64,000 nt of DNA from Nitrosopumilus sp. (GCA_965197525.1 OZ240211.1:64001-128000), one strand, 5' to 3'; positions 22,438-32,560 are shown, numbered from the stretch's first letter. Notes: generated by a model not told the origin, from the sequence alone. Translations and numbers: made by a program.

Positions 22438-22668
22438 TTGCTCTCAAGTTATCTTGAACCACGATTACAGTGTTTAACTATGTCCAACAACGCAACCGAA
22501 TATCACTGGAAGCAGAGATATGAAAAATTAGAGCATACATATCTGATTAAAATATATCAAAAAACTATCTCGTTACCACAGTTACATTTTTTGTATGATG
22601 TGATTAACCTGTTTTCAGACGATGTAAAAAAAGTATATGATGGATTAAAAAAATTGATTCGAAGTTAG
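22438..22668 (+). CDS. Small hypothetical protein (start uncertain)
   Basis: Short helical ORF; ATG at about 22480 is a plausible start. Confidence 0.35.
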   Translation: MLSSYLEPRLQCLTMSNNATEYHWKQRYEKLEHTYLIKIYQKTISLPQLHFLYDVINLFSDDVKKVYDGLKKLIRS

Positions 22669-22799
22669 CAAAAATACCATCTTTAGGACTACAATTTTAC
22701 ATCAAAAAATACTACTCAAACACAAATTTCAGAAAATCCTTTATTTTCAACCATTTCTGAAAAAGAAAACTCGTAGACTAATTCTTACTTCTTTGAAAA

Positions 22800-22964
22800 T
22801 TAAGCCAATATTCTCTTGAATCTAGGTTTTGATTTTGCTAAAGTCATAGCGTTAACATAAACTTCTGCCAGATCAATCCCTTCAGCAATGATTTTTTTAT
22901 TATCAAATGCAATCCACTTGTTAGAAAACGCTACTTCTTTTGCACTCTTTGCCGATTTAGTCAT
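22800..22964 (-). CDS. 54-aa DUF5678-like protein (absent from ORF track)
   Basis: MTKSAKSAKEVAFSNKWIAFDNKKIIAEGIDLAEVYVNAMTLAKSKPRFKRILA*. W-I-A-x-D-x-x-I-I-A-x-G pattern shared with 43041..43241. Confidence 0.6.
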   Translation of the reverse strand: MTKSAKSAKEVAFSNKWIAFDNKKIIAEGIDLAEVYVNAMTLAKSKPRFKRILA

Positions 22965-23025
22965 ATTCGTATTACTCCCATATCCGATATTAGTGTTTCA
23001 GACAGCATAAGCCCAATTCTAATAT

Positions 23026-23466
23026 TTAGTTAATTATGGCTTTTAAAGAGGCACCGCATTTTTTAGGCAATATGGGATATTTTTTTCCATAAATGTTGAC
23101 TTTGATTCTCCGGATACGATCATGAGCGAAATAATTTTTGTAGCTCTTTGCTAACAAAATCATGAATAATGAAAAATGGCTGGATTCTAAAGCACTTGCC
23201 ATGGAAACAGCTTTCTTGCCACTATTAGTGAATTTATCTTTGATTTTGCCTACGCTAAGAGAATTACTTTTCAATTCAACGATGATAATTTTTTTATCAT
23301 CTTGAAAAATTATACAGTCACATATTTTTTCCGGTTGGGTTTGTACTAACAGTTCTCCTTTCAAGATCGCATAGTTTTTTGCGGTATCTATACAAATACT
23401 ACATTGTTCATCACAGCAATCTAGTTTTGCAAAATTGTATTTGCGTTTAATTTTTTGAACGATCAT
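23026..23466 (-). CDS. PD-(D/E)XK-like hypothetical protein coupled to the ATPase
   Basis: CDCIIFQDDKKIIIVELKS gives a D-x(n)-ELK motif. ATG overlaps the ATPase stop (TAATG). Confidence 0.65.
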   Translation of the reverse strand: MIVQKIKRKYNFAKLDCCDEQCSICIDTAKNYAILKGELLVQTQPEKICDCIIFQDDKKIIIVELKSNSLSVGKIKDKFTNSGKKAVSMASALESSHFSLFMILLAKSYKNYFAHDRIRRIKVNIYGKKYPILPKKCGASLKAIIN

Positions 23467-24953
23467 TAGTTTTCAGGCATATTCTCTTGCAATTTAATAG
23501 ATTCCGAGTGAAGAAGTTCGTTAACTTTTACAAATTCTTCTTGAGAAATACCTTCTTCGTCATTTGTTTCAATTGGAAAAATTTCATGGTCATTATAGCT
23601 ATTTCTAACAAATACGTATGGTGATACCTCGTTAAGATGCAAAAAATCATTAGTTTCGAATCCTAATTCTTTTTTTCTAATCTCGGGTTTAATTTTACTG
23701 GCAAGCATGAATTTACCTAATTGCTCCAATAAGAACACGCTATGAGTAGTGATCAACACGTTGAGTCCTGCACGAATCATTCTCACAATATATTTTGCAA
23801 AAACCAATTGATTTGTAGGATGCAAATGTGCTTCCGGTTCTTCAATGATTAGCAGACTCCTCGGATGTACGATGTATTTTAGATACAAAGAAAGCGGGGC
23901 AATTTCTGAAATTGTTGATGACGTTCTATGTAGCGGAATCTCATCTTGTTTGGAATGATAAGTGATTTCGGGAAAAGAATCTTTACTCCCTGAGGGTAAT
24001 TTGATGTGTCCGTGAAGAAGTTCGAATTCCAATTGTTGGGCTAATTTGATGAAAGGTCCTGGGTTATTAGGAATAACAATAATGTTGGCAATAAAATCAG
24101 ACACTACTCCCGTGAGTTTGGGTATTTGGAAGGATTGAATTCCTCCAAACTGTGCACTCTTAATTATGCTGGCAGATAGTGCTTTGTGACCTTGCAATAT
24201 TCCGGATCTGGCTGCTGGGAAATAGAAAGAGTTGGTAGGAATGGTAGGATGTTTGATTTGATTACATATGGAATGCATGAGGTAGAAAGGAGCTTCGAAT
24301 TCAAAAAACTCTTTGGCATAATTTTTGTTGATAGTTATAACATGCTGACCACTTTCTATCGTCTCTGAAACTTCATAGTCATCGTATTCTTTTGAAGAAA
24401 TTTCAAATCTGTATTTCACATTAATGTCTGAGTAGGTCTTAACATTCAATTTGTTTTTTATTGAAATATCAAATTTGTTTGAATCTGAAACGCTAATGTT
24501 TGATAATTTTTGTCCTGATCGGATAAGATCAGAAACTGAAGCACCAAAGTTTCTAGTAATCTCCGATTCCAAATTTGCACGAAACACATCTTTAACTATC
24601 AACGCAGAAATTTTTTTTATAAGATTTGGCGGAATGTCAAAGGATTTTTTATCTCTGTTTTGCCTAACAACTTTTTGGATGTCTTTATTAAATAATTTAT
24701 ATGTATTAGAACCCTTAGATTTACTAAAACGAAATGGGTTGCCCATACCCATACTCTGATTTTCAGAAGATATGATTGAATGAACAAGCATAGCTACATA
24801 TGATTTTCCTGAATTATTAGGACCTACAAAAACGGTCAAAGGTTTTAGTTGTATGTTTCCTTTGGAAACAGGTCCAAAATTAGTCATATCTATTTTTAAA
24901 TCTATTTTTGCAGGTGATTGAGATCGTCTTCTAGGAAAAGGTATTTCAAGCAT
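23466..24953 (-). CDS. ABC-type ATPase (AAA_15/AAA_21-like)
   Basis: Walker A GPNNSGKS, signature-like SSTISEIAPL, Walker B LLIIEEPEAHLHP, H-loop ITTHS; no TM segments. Confidence 0.9.
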   Translation of the reverse strand: MLEIPFPRRRSQSPAKIDLKIDMTNFGPVSKGNIQLKPLTVFVGPNNSGKSYVAMLVHSIISSENQSMGMGNPFRFSKSKGSNTYKLFNKDIQKVVRQNRDKKSFDIPPNLIKKISALIVKDVFRANLESEITRNFGASVSDLIRSGQKLSNISVSDSNKFDISIKNKLNVKTYSDINVKYRFEISSKEYDDYEVSETIESGQHVITINKNYAKEFFEFEAPFYLMHSICNQIKHPTIPTNSFYFPAARSGILQGHKALSASIIKSAQFGGIQSFQIPKLTGVVSDFIANIIVIPNNPGPFIKLAQQLEFELLHGHIKLPSGSKDSFPEITYHSKQDEIPLHRTSSTISEIAPLSLYLKYIVHPRSLLIIEEPEAHLHPTNQLVFAKYIVRMIRAGLNVLITTHSVFLLEQLGKFMLASKIKPEIRKKELGFETNDFLHLNEVSPYVFVRNSYNDHEIFPIETNDEEGISQEEFVKVNELLHSESIKLQENMPEN

Positions 24954-25291
24954 GAGGCTATTTTGATTATGGGTTACAAAAGTATTGCTAAATAATCCCT
25001 ATACAATGAATCGTAACAGCTCAACTTCCCAAATAATATGACATCTGAGACACACAGTATGTGCCGGTTGTGCAAGACACATCTGATGTCTGAATTAGTA
25101 TGCCATACAAATGTAAATATGTAGATCTACATGAATTTGATAACTCGGAATCTGATATCTACCAGCCAAGCATCAATATCAATGATAGTAGGATCTAACT
25201 CAAATCATCTATACCAGCATAATCTGAATCTATTTGATAACATTGGATCTTGATCAGTAGATTCTTATCTAAAATTTTCATGCAATGCCTC

Positions 25292-26338
25292 ATGAGCAAA
25301 ATAAAACAAAACTCTCCTGTACTATTCTTTTATAACAACTCTAAAAAATGGTTAACCAAGATATCAAAAAACGAATCGTTTCATACTCATATCGGAGTTA
25401 TCAAGCACTCTGATGCAATTGGTAAAGAGTACGGATCCAGATTAATCACAAACAAGGACAAGTACGTCTATCTCTTAGAACCTACAATGTATGACTATAC
25501 AATGAAGATTCAACACGGCACTCAAATCGTATATCCTAAAGACATTGGATACATTATTGCAAGGGCTGGAATAGGAAGTGGCCAAAAAATTTTAGAGATT
25601 GGAACAGGCAGCGGCTCTTTAACCTCTTTTATTGCAAGTGTTGTAAAACCCCGTGGCCATATTCATACATTTGATGTTGATGAGAATTTCATAAAAATAG
25701 CAGAAAAAAATATCAAAAAAGCTGGAGTCTCAAAATATGTCACACAGTATAATTTAGATATAAAGACTACAACAAATTTACCATTTAACGAAGAGATGGA
25801 TATTGCATTAATTGATCTAGGTGATCCTTGGGTTGTGATTCCAAAAGTGAGGGCGATGCTTAAAGGAAGTGGGTGTGTGTTTGCTATCTGCCCTACTATG
25901 AATCAATTAGAAAAACTGACCATCTCTCTTATTGAGCACGAATTTACTGATATTGAATCAACTGAACATATTTTACGTACTATTGATGCAAGAGAAGGTA
26001 AAACGAGGCATTCTTTTCAAGGTCTTGGTCATACTACGTATCTTTGTTTTGCACGAAAAGCATTTTTTGATAGAGGTTCCAGACGCTCTCTGGCGCGTTT
26101 AACTGATACTTCTAAAACTACTCTTTCTGGAACCAAAGATTCTGTTGCCAAGCCAACTAAAAAAACCAGCACTACTGCCAAGCCAACTAAAAAAACCAGC
26201 ACTACTGCCAAGCCAACTAAAAAAACCAGCACTACTGCCAAGCCAACTAAAAAAACCAGCACTACTGCCAAGCCAACTAAAAAAACCAGCACTGCTACAC
26301 AGATCTTTAAAAAGACCACAACAACTTCTAAAACTTGA
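25292..26338 (+). CDS. trmI: tRNA (adenine-N1)-methyltransferase with Lys/Thr-rich repeat tail (likely ATG 25292)
   Basis: TQIVYPKD, LEIGTGSGSLT, DLGDPW, CPTMNQ, LGHTTYL. Confidence 0.9.
   Translation: MSKIKQNSPVLFFYNNSKKWLTKISKNESFHTHIGVIKHSDAIGKEYGSRLITNKDKYVYLLEPTMYDYTMKIQHGTQIVYPKDIGYIIARAGIGSGQKILEIGTGSGSLTSFIASVVKPRGHIHTFDVDENFIKIAEKNIKKAGVSKYVTQYNLDIKTTTNLPFNEEMDIALIDLGDPWVVIPKVRAMLKGSGCVFAICPTMNQLEKLTISLIEHEFTDIESTEHILRTIDAREGKTRHSFQGLGHTTYLCFARKAFFDRGSRRSLARLTDTSKTTLSGTKDSVAKPTKKTSTTAKPTKKTSTTAKPTKKTSTTAKPTKKTSTTAKPTKKTSTATQIFKKTTTTSKT
26147..26296 (+). repeat. 5 x 30-bp tandem repeat (AKPTKKTSTT)
   Basis: GCCAAGCCAACTAAAAAAACCAGCACTACT four times exact; the fifth copy ends GCT. 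Confidence 0.95.
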
Positions 26339-26414
26339 ACAAATTGAGTGATATCTTCAGTATTTTATTTACACTTTAAAACAGATTTATTTATCCATTT
26401 ATTCTTTAACAGTT

Positions 26415-27296
26415 ATGAAAAGAGAAGATCTCTCTGCATCAATTATTAAGAATTTTATCCCTGGCCGACGTTCTGATTCTAGAAAGGGAGATAACGGAAT
26501 AGTTTTAGTTGTTGGTGGAAGTTACATATATCATGGCGCCCCGATCTTATCCTCTATTGCAGCCTTGAAATCTGGCACTGATCTTGTCTATACATCCGTT
26601 CCAAAAATCAATGTTGCCTCAACGCGTGCAATCTCTCCAGATCTTATCGTGATTCCGCTAGTAGACCAAAAACTAACTCTGGGTGCTGCAAACAAGCTAA
26701 TAGGGGCATTGCCTAAAAACTTGGATTCTGCTACCATTGGAATGGGTCTTGCAATCGCAGACAAAAATTCGCTACTACGCCTTGTGCAATCTCTCTTAAA
26801 CCACGACGTGAGACTATCGTTAGATGCTAGTGCACTAATTCCTGAAGTCTTGCCTTTCCTTGCCAACAAAAATGTTGTATTGACACCGCATGCCGGCGAA
26901 TTCAAACGATTGTTTGGTGATGTCCCTCCGTCTTCTACTTCTCTTGATGATATGGATAAACGAATCACTCTTGTAGAAAAAAATGCCAAAGAGTTTGGGG
27001 TTACCATCCTGCTAAAAGGTTCTACTGATATAATATCTGATGGTATAACTGCAACATACATTCACAAAAAAGATACGCCTGCAATGACTGTGGGCGGAAC
27101 AGGAGATGTCTTGTCTGGTCTTGTTGCAGGCTTTCTATCTAAAAACCGAAATACCTTGGAATCTGCAGCGGCAGCCACTTTCATCAATGGTCTAATAGGC
27201 AAACGTGCCCAGGACAAATTAGGATTACACATCACGTCAACTGATCTCTTAGAGGAGATACCTGTGGCAATAAAACCATTTGATCAGGTATTGTAA
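26415..27296 (+). CDS. nnrD: ADP-dependent NAD(P)H-hydrate dehydratase
   Basis: SRKGDNGIVLVVGGS..YHGAP, LDASA, LTPHAGEF, LLKG, GGTGDVLSG. Confidence 0.92.
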   Translation: MKREDLSASIIKNFIPGRRSDSRKGDNGIVLVVGGSYIYHGAPILSSIAALKSGTDLVYTSVPKINVASTRAISPDLIVIPLVDQKLTLGAANKLIGALPKNLDSATIGMGLAIADKNSLLRLVQSLLNHDVRLSLDASALIPEVLPFLANKNVVLTPHAGEFKRLFGDVPPSSTSLDDMDKRITLVEKNAKEFGVTILLKGSTDIISDGITATYIHKKDTPAMTVGGTGDVLSGLVAGFLSKNRNTLESAAAATFINGLIGKRAQDKLGLHITSTDLLEEIPVAIKPFDQVL

Positions 27297-27301
27297 CTAG
27301 C

Positions 27302-28660
27302 ATGAAACCATCTAGATACATAGACACTCATATGAACCAACTCGTCTCTGATCTTCAGACGCTGATACGCCAACCTAGCGTATCGGCACAGAATCACGGT
27401 ATTGAAGAATGCGCAAAACTCGTAGCAGATCTGTTGACTAAATCAGGAATTCCATCTGAAATATTACGATTAAAGAAAGGTGTTGCACCAGTCGTATTTG
27501 GACACCTCAAATCAAAACAAAACCCTTCAAAGACTTTGTTATTTTACAATCATTATGATGTGCAACCTGCAGAACCCCTTGAATTGTGGGGCCATCCACC
27601 ATTTAGCGGCACCCGTAAAGGAAACAAAATCTTTGGGAGGGGTTCCACTGATGACAAGGGTGAGTTGATCACTAGAATTCATGCAGTGTCATCATATCTT
27701 CAAAGTACTGGTGATGTACCATGCAACATAAAATTTGTAATAGAGGGTGAGGAAGAGACTGGCAGTGTGCATATTGAGCAATATTTGAACAGATACAAAA
27801 ACAAGTTTTCCTGTGATGGTGTGATCTGGGAGTTTGGATATGTGGATACAAAGAATAGGCCAATCATCGGTCTTGGAATGAAAGGGTTGCTATTTGTTGA
27901 ATTGTCTATTCAAGAATCAAACATGGATGCCCATTCAAGTTTGGCGGTCTTGATAAAAAACCCTGCATGGCGGCTAATTGACGCCTTGCGCACACTTTGT
28001 GATGCTGATGGAAATATTTTGATATCTGACTGGTACAAAGAGGTTACGCCTCTCTCAAAACATGACTTGGATCTGATTCAGAGAGAACCTTTCGATGAGA
28101 TCTCATTTAAAAAAGAGTTTGGGATTAAATCATTCCTTGGTGGAAAGAAGGGACTAGATGCCAAAAAAGCACTGGTAGGTGGTGCTACATGCAACATTGC
28201 AGGACTCGTGTCAGGATACACCGGTGATGGTGCTAAAACCGTTCTTCCTAGCCGCGCTCTAGTAAAGATTGATTTTAGACTAGTGCCACAGATGGATCCC
28301 AAAAAACAGGTACTACGACTACGGCGTCATCTCAAATCAAAAGGATTTGGAGACATTCACGTTAAAGTGCTCAATGGTGAGGCCGCTGCTAGAACAGATC
28401 TATCTGACCCATTCGTATCCCAAGTCCAAGACGCTGCGAATCGCTCGTTTGGCGATTCTATCCTAAATGTCTCAAATGCCGGAACTGGTCCCATGTACCC
28501 CTTTGTCGATATATTAGATGCTCCGTGTATCTGTATCGGCAGCACATACGTGTTTGCAAAGATTCATTCTCCAAACGAGTTTGCAAGAGTCGATCTTTTA
28601 AAAAAGACAACAAAGTGTATGTGCTTTATTATGGAAAATTTTGCTAGTACCACTGTATAG
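27302..28660 (+). CDS. M20-family metallopeptidase
   Basis: YNHYDVQP, GRGSTDDKG, EGEEETGS, HSPNE. Confidence 0.92.
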   Translation: MKPSRYIDTHMNQLVSDLQTLIRQPSVSAQNHGIEECAKLVADLLTKSGIPSEILRLKKGVAPVVFGHLKSKQNPSKTLLFYNHYDVQPAEPLELWGHPPFSGTRKGNKIFGRGSTDDKGELITRIHAVSSYLQSTGDVPCNIKFVIEGEEETGSVHIEQYLNRYKNKFSCDGVIWEFGYVDTKNRPIIGLGMKGLLFVELSIQESNMDAHSSLAVLIKNPAWRLIDALRTLCDADGNILISDWYKEVTPLSKHDLDLIQREPFDEISFKKEFGIKSFLGGKKGLDAKKALVGGATCNIAGLVSGYTGDGAKTVLPSRALVKIDFRLVPQMDPKKQVLRLRRHLKSKGFGDIHVKVLNGEAAARTDLSDPFVSQVQDAANRSFGDSILNVSNAGTGPMYPFVDILDAPCICIGSTYVFAKIHSPNEFARVDLLKKTTKCMCFIMENFASTTV

Positions 28661-28744
28661 GATCACTTTGACATCACTAAACCTTGCAAAATAATTGGCA
28701 AATGTCATAACTTGGTGGTGGTGATGGTGATGGTGGTGCTAATT

Positions 28745-29173
28745 CTAATGAATTGCTCTTGGAATTCTTTTAATGGCATGTGCCACTGATATCCTACCTG
28801 GACCTGCTACCATAATTACTAGTGCTGCAGCTAGCAGTATCAAATCAAATTCTACTCCTCCATCTCCGTCTATACTCTGTGCGCCTTTTACCAAGAATAT
28901 GGCACCTAACATAACTATCGATATCGCAGCACCACCAATTCTGCTAAATATTCCAAATATCAGTACAATCCCGCCTCCGACTTCTGCTAGTACAATCAAG
29001 AATTGCATCTCTGGAGGCAGTCCTAAATGTTCCATAAAGTTGAGGAATCCTGGATTAATTTTACCCCATCCATGAAGGATGAATATCAGTCCTACTGACA
29101 GCCTCACACCGATAAAGGTTAAATCAGTTAATATTCCACCCTTGATCTCAGCTTCTGCCATAACACTAATCAT
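28745..29173 (-). CDS. DoxX-family membrane protein
   Basis: RLSVGLIFILHGWGK, AEVGGG..L..G...R, GPGRIS. Confidence 0.88.
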   Translation of the reverse strand: MISVMAEAEIKGGILTDLTFIGVRLSVGLIFILHGWGKINPGFLNFMEHLGLPPEMQFLIVLAEVGGGIVLIFGIFSRIGGAAISIVMLGAIFLVKGAQSIDGDGGVEFDLILLAAALVIMVAGPGRISVAHAIKRIPRAIH

Positions 29174-29256
29174 GTTTACATAGTATAACAGTCTTACTCA
29201 GATATTCCGTATAAAATGTAGAAAGCCCTTTATTATGTGACTGAATTATTTTACTT

Positions 29257-29853
29257 ATGTCAATGTACATGCCTGGCGCAACTGCTGTCGGAGTTACCTT
29301 TGACGGTGGCATCGTACTGGCTAGTGAAAAGAGGATTGCATTTGGGAATTTTCTTGTAAGCAAATCCTCAAAAAAGACATTCTCTATAACTCCCAAGGTT
29401 GGTGCAACCTGTGCAGGCCTTGTGGCAGACATGCAAATTCTAACTCTGCAGATATCGGCATTAGCCAAAATCCGCAAGATGGATCTAAAAAGAGACGTTC
29501 CACCCAACACTATTGCCAAAATGATGTCAAATATGATGTATGAGCGAAGATACTTTCCATTGCTGACCCAAGTAATTGTAGGCGGTATAGTTGATAAACC
29601 AATCATGTATACTTTGGATCCTTTGGGGTCTGTTCTGCCTGATGATTACGCTGCAGTTGGAACCGGTGCCGAAATGGCATTAGGCGTGCTTGATCCCCAG
29701 TTTAAACCTAACATGACTAAAGACGATGCAGTCAATTTAGCCAAACACGCAGTCAAATCAGCTGCTTTGAGGGACTCTGCAAGTGGTGACGGTTTGGATA
29801 TTCTAGTAATTACCAAGGATGGCACCGAAGAATTTACCGAAGATATAAAGTAA
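29257..29853 (+). CDS. psmB: Proteasome subunit beta
   Basis: GATAVGVTFDGGIVLASEKR, GLVADMQ, GTGAEMA, RDSASGD. Has Ala at the position of the catalytic Thr, so probably the inactive paralog. Confidence 0.92.
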   Translation: MSMYMPGATAVGVTFDGGIVLASEKRIAFGNFLVSKSSKKTFSITPKVGATCAGLVADMQILTLQISALAKIRKMDLKRDVPPNTIAKMMSNMMYERRYFPLLTQVIVGGIVDKPIMYTLDPLGSVLPDDYAAVGTGAEMALGVLDPQFKPNMTKDDAVNLAKHAVKSAALRDSASGDGLDILVITKDGTEEFTEDIK

Positions 29854-29862
29854 TCATTCTAT

Positions 29863-30339
29863 TTAGATTCTTAACTCTTTTCCTATTTCCCAAAACATAT
29901 CTGAGATGTAGTGCATATTCTTTAGAACTTCTCCTTTTTCCATCTCTTGTAATTCTGAGCTATCGACAGTGGCTTTTCCCACCGCTAAAAATTTATGATG
30001 TGACTCCTCTATTATGCATACAATCTTATCTTTTTTGAATTCTGTATGTTTTACAATTCCCGGTCTCATGAGATTTGCACCTTTACACATAAATTTTACT
30101 GCACCCATATCAACTGTAATTGTGGGAAACTTTTTCAGAGTCTCAATCTCTGATAAAAATGGTACAAACTCATCATCAATTTTTAGCATCTTTATTTCCT
30201 TACCTGTGATTATTTGCGCGTTATTTGAGATATGATGAACCTTTAGGTTTTTTATCTTTGGCAATTCTATTGACCATCTCTCCGAAACTGTTTTTAAGAG
30301 TGATACAGTCTCGCTCTTTGAAATTAGATTGGATTTCAA
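29863..30339 (-). CDS. PUA-domain RNA-binding protein (likely TTG start 30339)
   Basis: VDMGAVKFMCKGANLMRPGI PUA motif. TTGA overlap with the hom stop. Confidence 0.85.
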   Translation of the reverse strand: MKSNLISKSETVSLLKTVSERWSIELPKIKNLKVHHISNNAQIITGKEIKMLKIDDEFVPFLSEIETLKKFPTITVDMGAVKFMCKGANLMRPGIVKHTEFKKDKIVCIIEESHHKFLAVGKATVDSSELQEMEKGEVLKNMHYISDMFWEIGKELRI

Positions 30340-31346
30340 TCTCGCGCAATCTCTTCTCTGATGTCTAAAAGGTCTCTTAAAATTGAACTTGCAGTCTCCA
30401 TTCCTCCTGCCCCTTTGCCGATAATTGTTTGTGTGCCTGAATGTTCTGATGTAAACGCAATTGCATTTAGTGTTCCGTTTACACACAATGGATCATCATT
30501 TGATATTTCTTTTGTAGATACTGTTAATTCTTTGTTGCATACAGCAACTAATTTTACAGAGCAATTCTTCTTGGTCGCTCTTTTGACATCTCGTGTATTT
30601 ACATCTCGTATTCCTGTACATACAATATCTGGCATGGTTACCTTCATCCCCATTACCCAGTTTGCAAGGATTACTAGTTTTGCTGCAGCATCTAATCCGT
30701 CTAGGTCAAGTGCCTCGTCTGCTTCTACGTATCCTCTGTCCTTTGCATCAGCCAATGCTTTCTTAAATGACAATCCTGCAGTCATGTTTGATAAAATATA
30801 ATTTGTTGTTCCATTTAGTATGCCCGCAAATGATGTTATTCTCTCCCCTCTTAGACTGTTCTTAGCATAATTCAGAATAGGCGTTCCTCCTCCTACTGTA
30901 CCACTAAACTTGAAGAGGATTCGATTATATGTTGCCAGTTCCATCAGTGATGGAAAAGCAAGTGCCAGTGGCCCTTTGTTGACAGTTATTACATGGATGC
31001 CTTTTCTCATAGCAGTTGTAATGTGGGTCATTCCTGGTTCTGCATCTTTGTAGTTACTAGCTGTAGTTTCAATGAGGACGTCTGCTTTTACCTCATTTAA
31101 TATCTGCACACCTGATAACGAGTTTTTTGTATCTGAATAATTTTTGACAGTCCCAAACTCTTTTTTTACGTTGTACAGCCTATCTAGTTTTAATCCTGAT
31201 TGATCAACTGCACTACCCTTGCTGTCAAACACTCCGACTACTCTTGGCTTAAATCCGTATTTTCCGTATAGATCCTCTGATCTTGACTCAAATAATTTTA
31301 CCAAACTTTGGGCAACAACACCGAATCCACATAATACTATCCTCAA
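30336..31346 (-). CDS. hom: Homoserine dehydrogenase
   Basis: CGFGVV, VITVNKGP, GTVGGGTP, GILNGTTNYIL, GKGAGGMETAS. Confidence 0.95.
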   Translation of the reverse strand: MRIVLCGFGVVAQSLVKLFESRSEDLYGKYGFKPRVVGVFDSKGSAVDQSGLKLDRLYNVKKEFGTVKNYSDTKNSLSGVQILNEVKADVLIETTASNYKDAEPGMTHITTAMRKGIHVITVNKGPLALAFPSLMELATYNRILFKFSGTVGGGTPILNYAKNSLRGERITSFAGILNGTTNYILSNMTAGLSFKKALADAKDRGYVEADEALDLDGLDAAAKLVILANWVMGMKVTMPDIVCTGIRDVNTRDVKRATKKNCSVKLVAVCNKELTVSTKEISNDDPLCVNGTLNAIAFTSEHSGTQTIIGKGAGGMETASSILRDLLDIREEIARD

Positions 31347-31849
31347 ACTATTTCATTGCCTCTCTCTTCATTGTTCATCTCTTCTTGATTAATTTATGTT
31401 TATTAATAATTATTACACTGTTAAATCTTAGGGAGTTTTTAGATATGTATTAATTTTGGGTAATAAATTGTTAAAAACTTAAGCATTTTACACTTGGTAT
31501 AACTTGAAAAGAAAATCCCTAACTTTACAGTGGTTTGAAAAGCACCAAAGATCGAACCGTGTAACTGAGTATGAAAAGCACTAAAGATTGAACAGTGTAA
31601 TTTGGGCGTAAAGGCTTGTTGACTTTTGATATCCGATTAATACTGACTCGACGTATTCCACGTCTAGACAAAGTGTTTTGGGTAGTAAGACATCTAACAG
31701 GCCTTCAAAACTGAAGTGTATGGTGTGAGCAAATGTAAAACAATAATACAAAACGCTATTTTTAATAATGAAAACTTGGTCTGTCCTCTCGAATATTGCA
31801 TAGAACTAAGATTAGTAATTTTTAAATTCTCTTTTTGCTATTAAATAAT

Positions 31850-32029
31850 GTGAGCGTAACACTCCCCAGAACATATACTATCACATTTGCTAGTAAAGAA
31901 GATAAAACTAAGGCTGTTGTTTTTCTTCTGCGTTCAAACTTTCCATTCAAAGGCGTTGATATTGATACTATTGTTGTTCAGAAAGACGCTCGTGACGCTC
32001 TCATAGAAAAAAATATCAAATTCAATTAA
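31850..32029 (+). CDS. Small hypothetical protein
   Basis: About 59 aa; lies 5 nt upstream of the next (disrupted) gene. Confidence 0.45.
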   Translation: MSVTLPRTYTITFASKEDKTKAVVFLLRSNFPFKGVDIDTIVVQKDARDALIEKNIKFN

Positions 32030-32034
32030 GCATC

Positions 32035-32370
32035 TTGCCTCAATTACGAATTGAAATTTTTATTCCATTGTACTATAATGAAGATGAAAACGGAAACCGT
32101 AAAAAAATTGAGGCCGAAAAATATGTTAAAACTTTAGACGAATTAATACTTTAATTTGGAGGATATACAGCTAATGGTGACATCTTTGATGGTCAATGGA
32201 TTAATCCTGAGACATCTGAACGCATTGATGATCAAACTAGAGCGATTTGGATTTTATGCGAGAATATGAAAAAGAATATTGATTTTTTAACACGCCTAAA
32301 AATAACATTGATGGAAAGATTTCAGCAAGACGACATCCTCATGTTGAATACACGTGTTAATAAATTCTAG
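32035..32370 (+). pseudogene. 111-codon gene with one internal TAA (32152-32154)
   Basis: MPQLRIEIFIPLYYNEDENGNRKKIEAEKYVKTLDELIL*FGGYTANGDIFDGQWINPETSERIDD...LMERFQQDDILML...KF*. One frame throughout, protein-like on both sides of the stop. Confidence 0.65.
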
Positions 32371-32560
32371 TACTTGATTACATTCCGAATTGGTGTAATC
32401 CATTTGTCATCTACATTAACTTCAGTTTCACAAGTGTAGAATTTATGCATATTATATATATACATACAAAAAGATTTTACTTTGGCATTTAATTAAAAAA
32501 TCTCGAAGATTTAACAGTGTAATAATCATCTTTGAGCAATTATCAAACTTTAAACATAAT

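Noticed and set aside
26029-26351. Hydrophobic and PSQLKKPALL repeat ORFs
   Set aside because: Other frames of the 30-bp trmI repeat.
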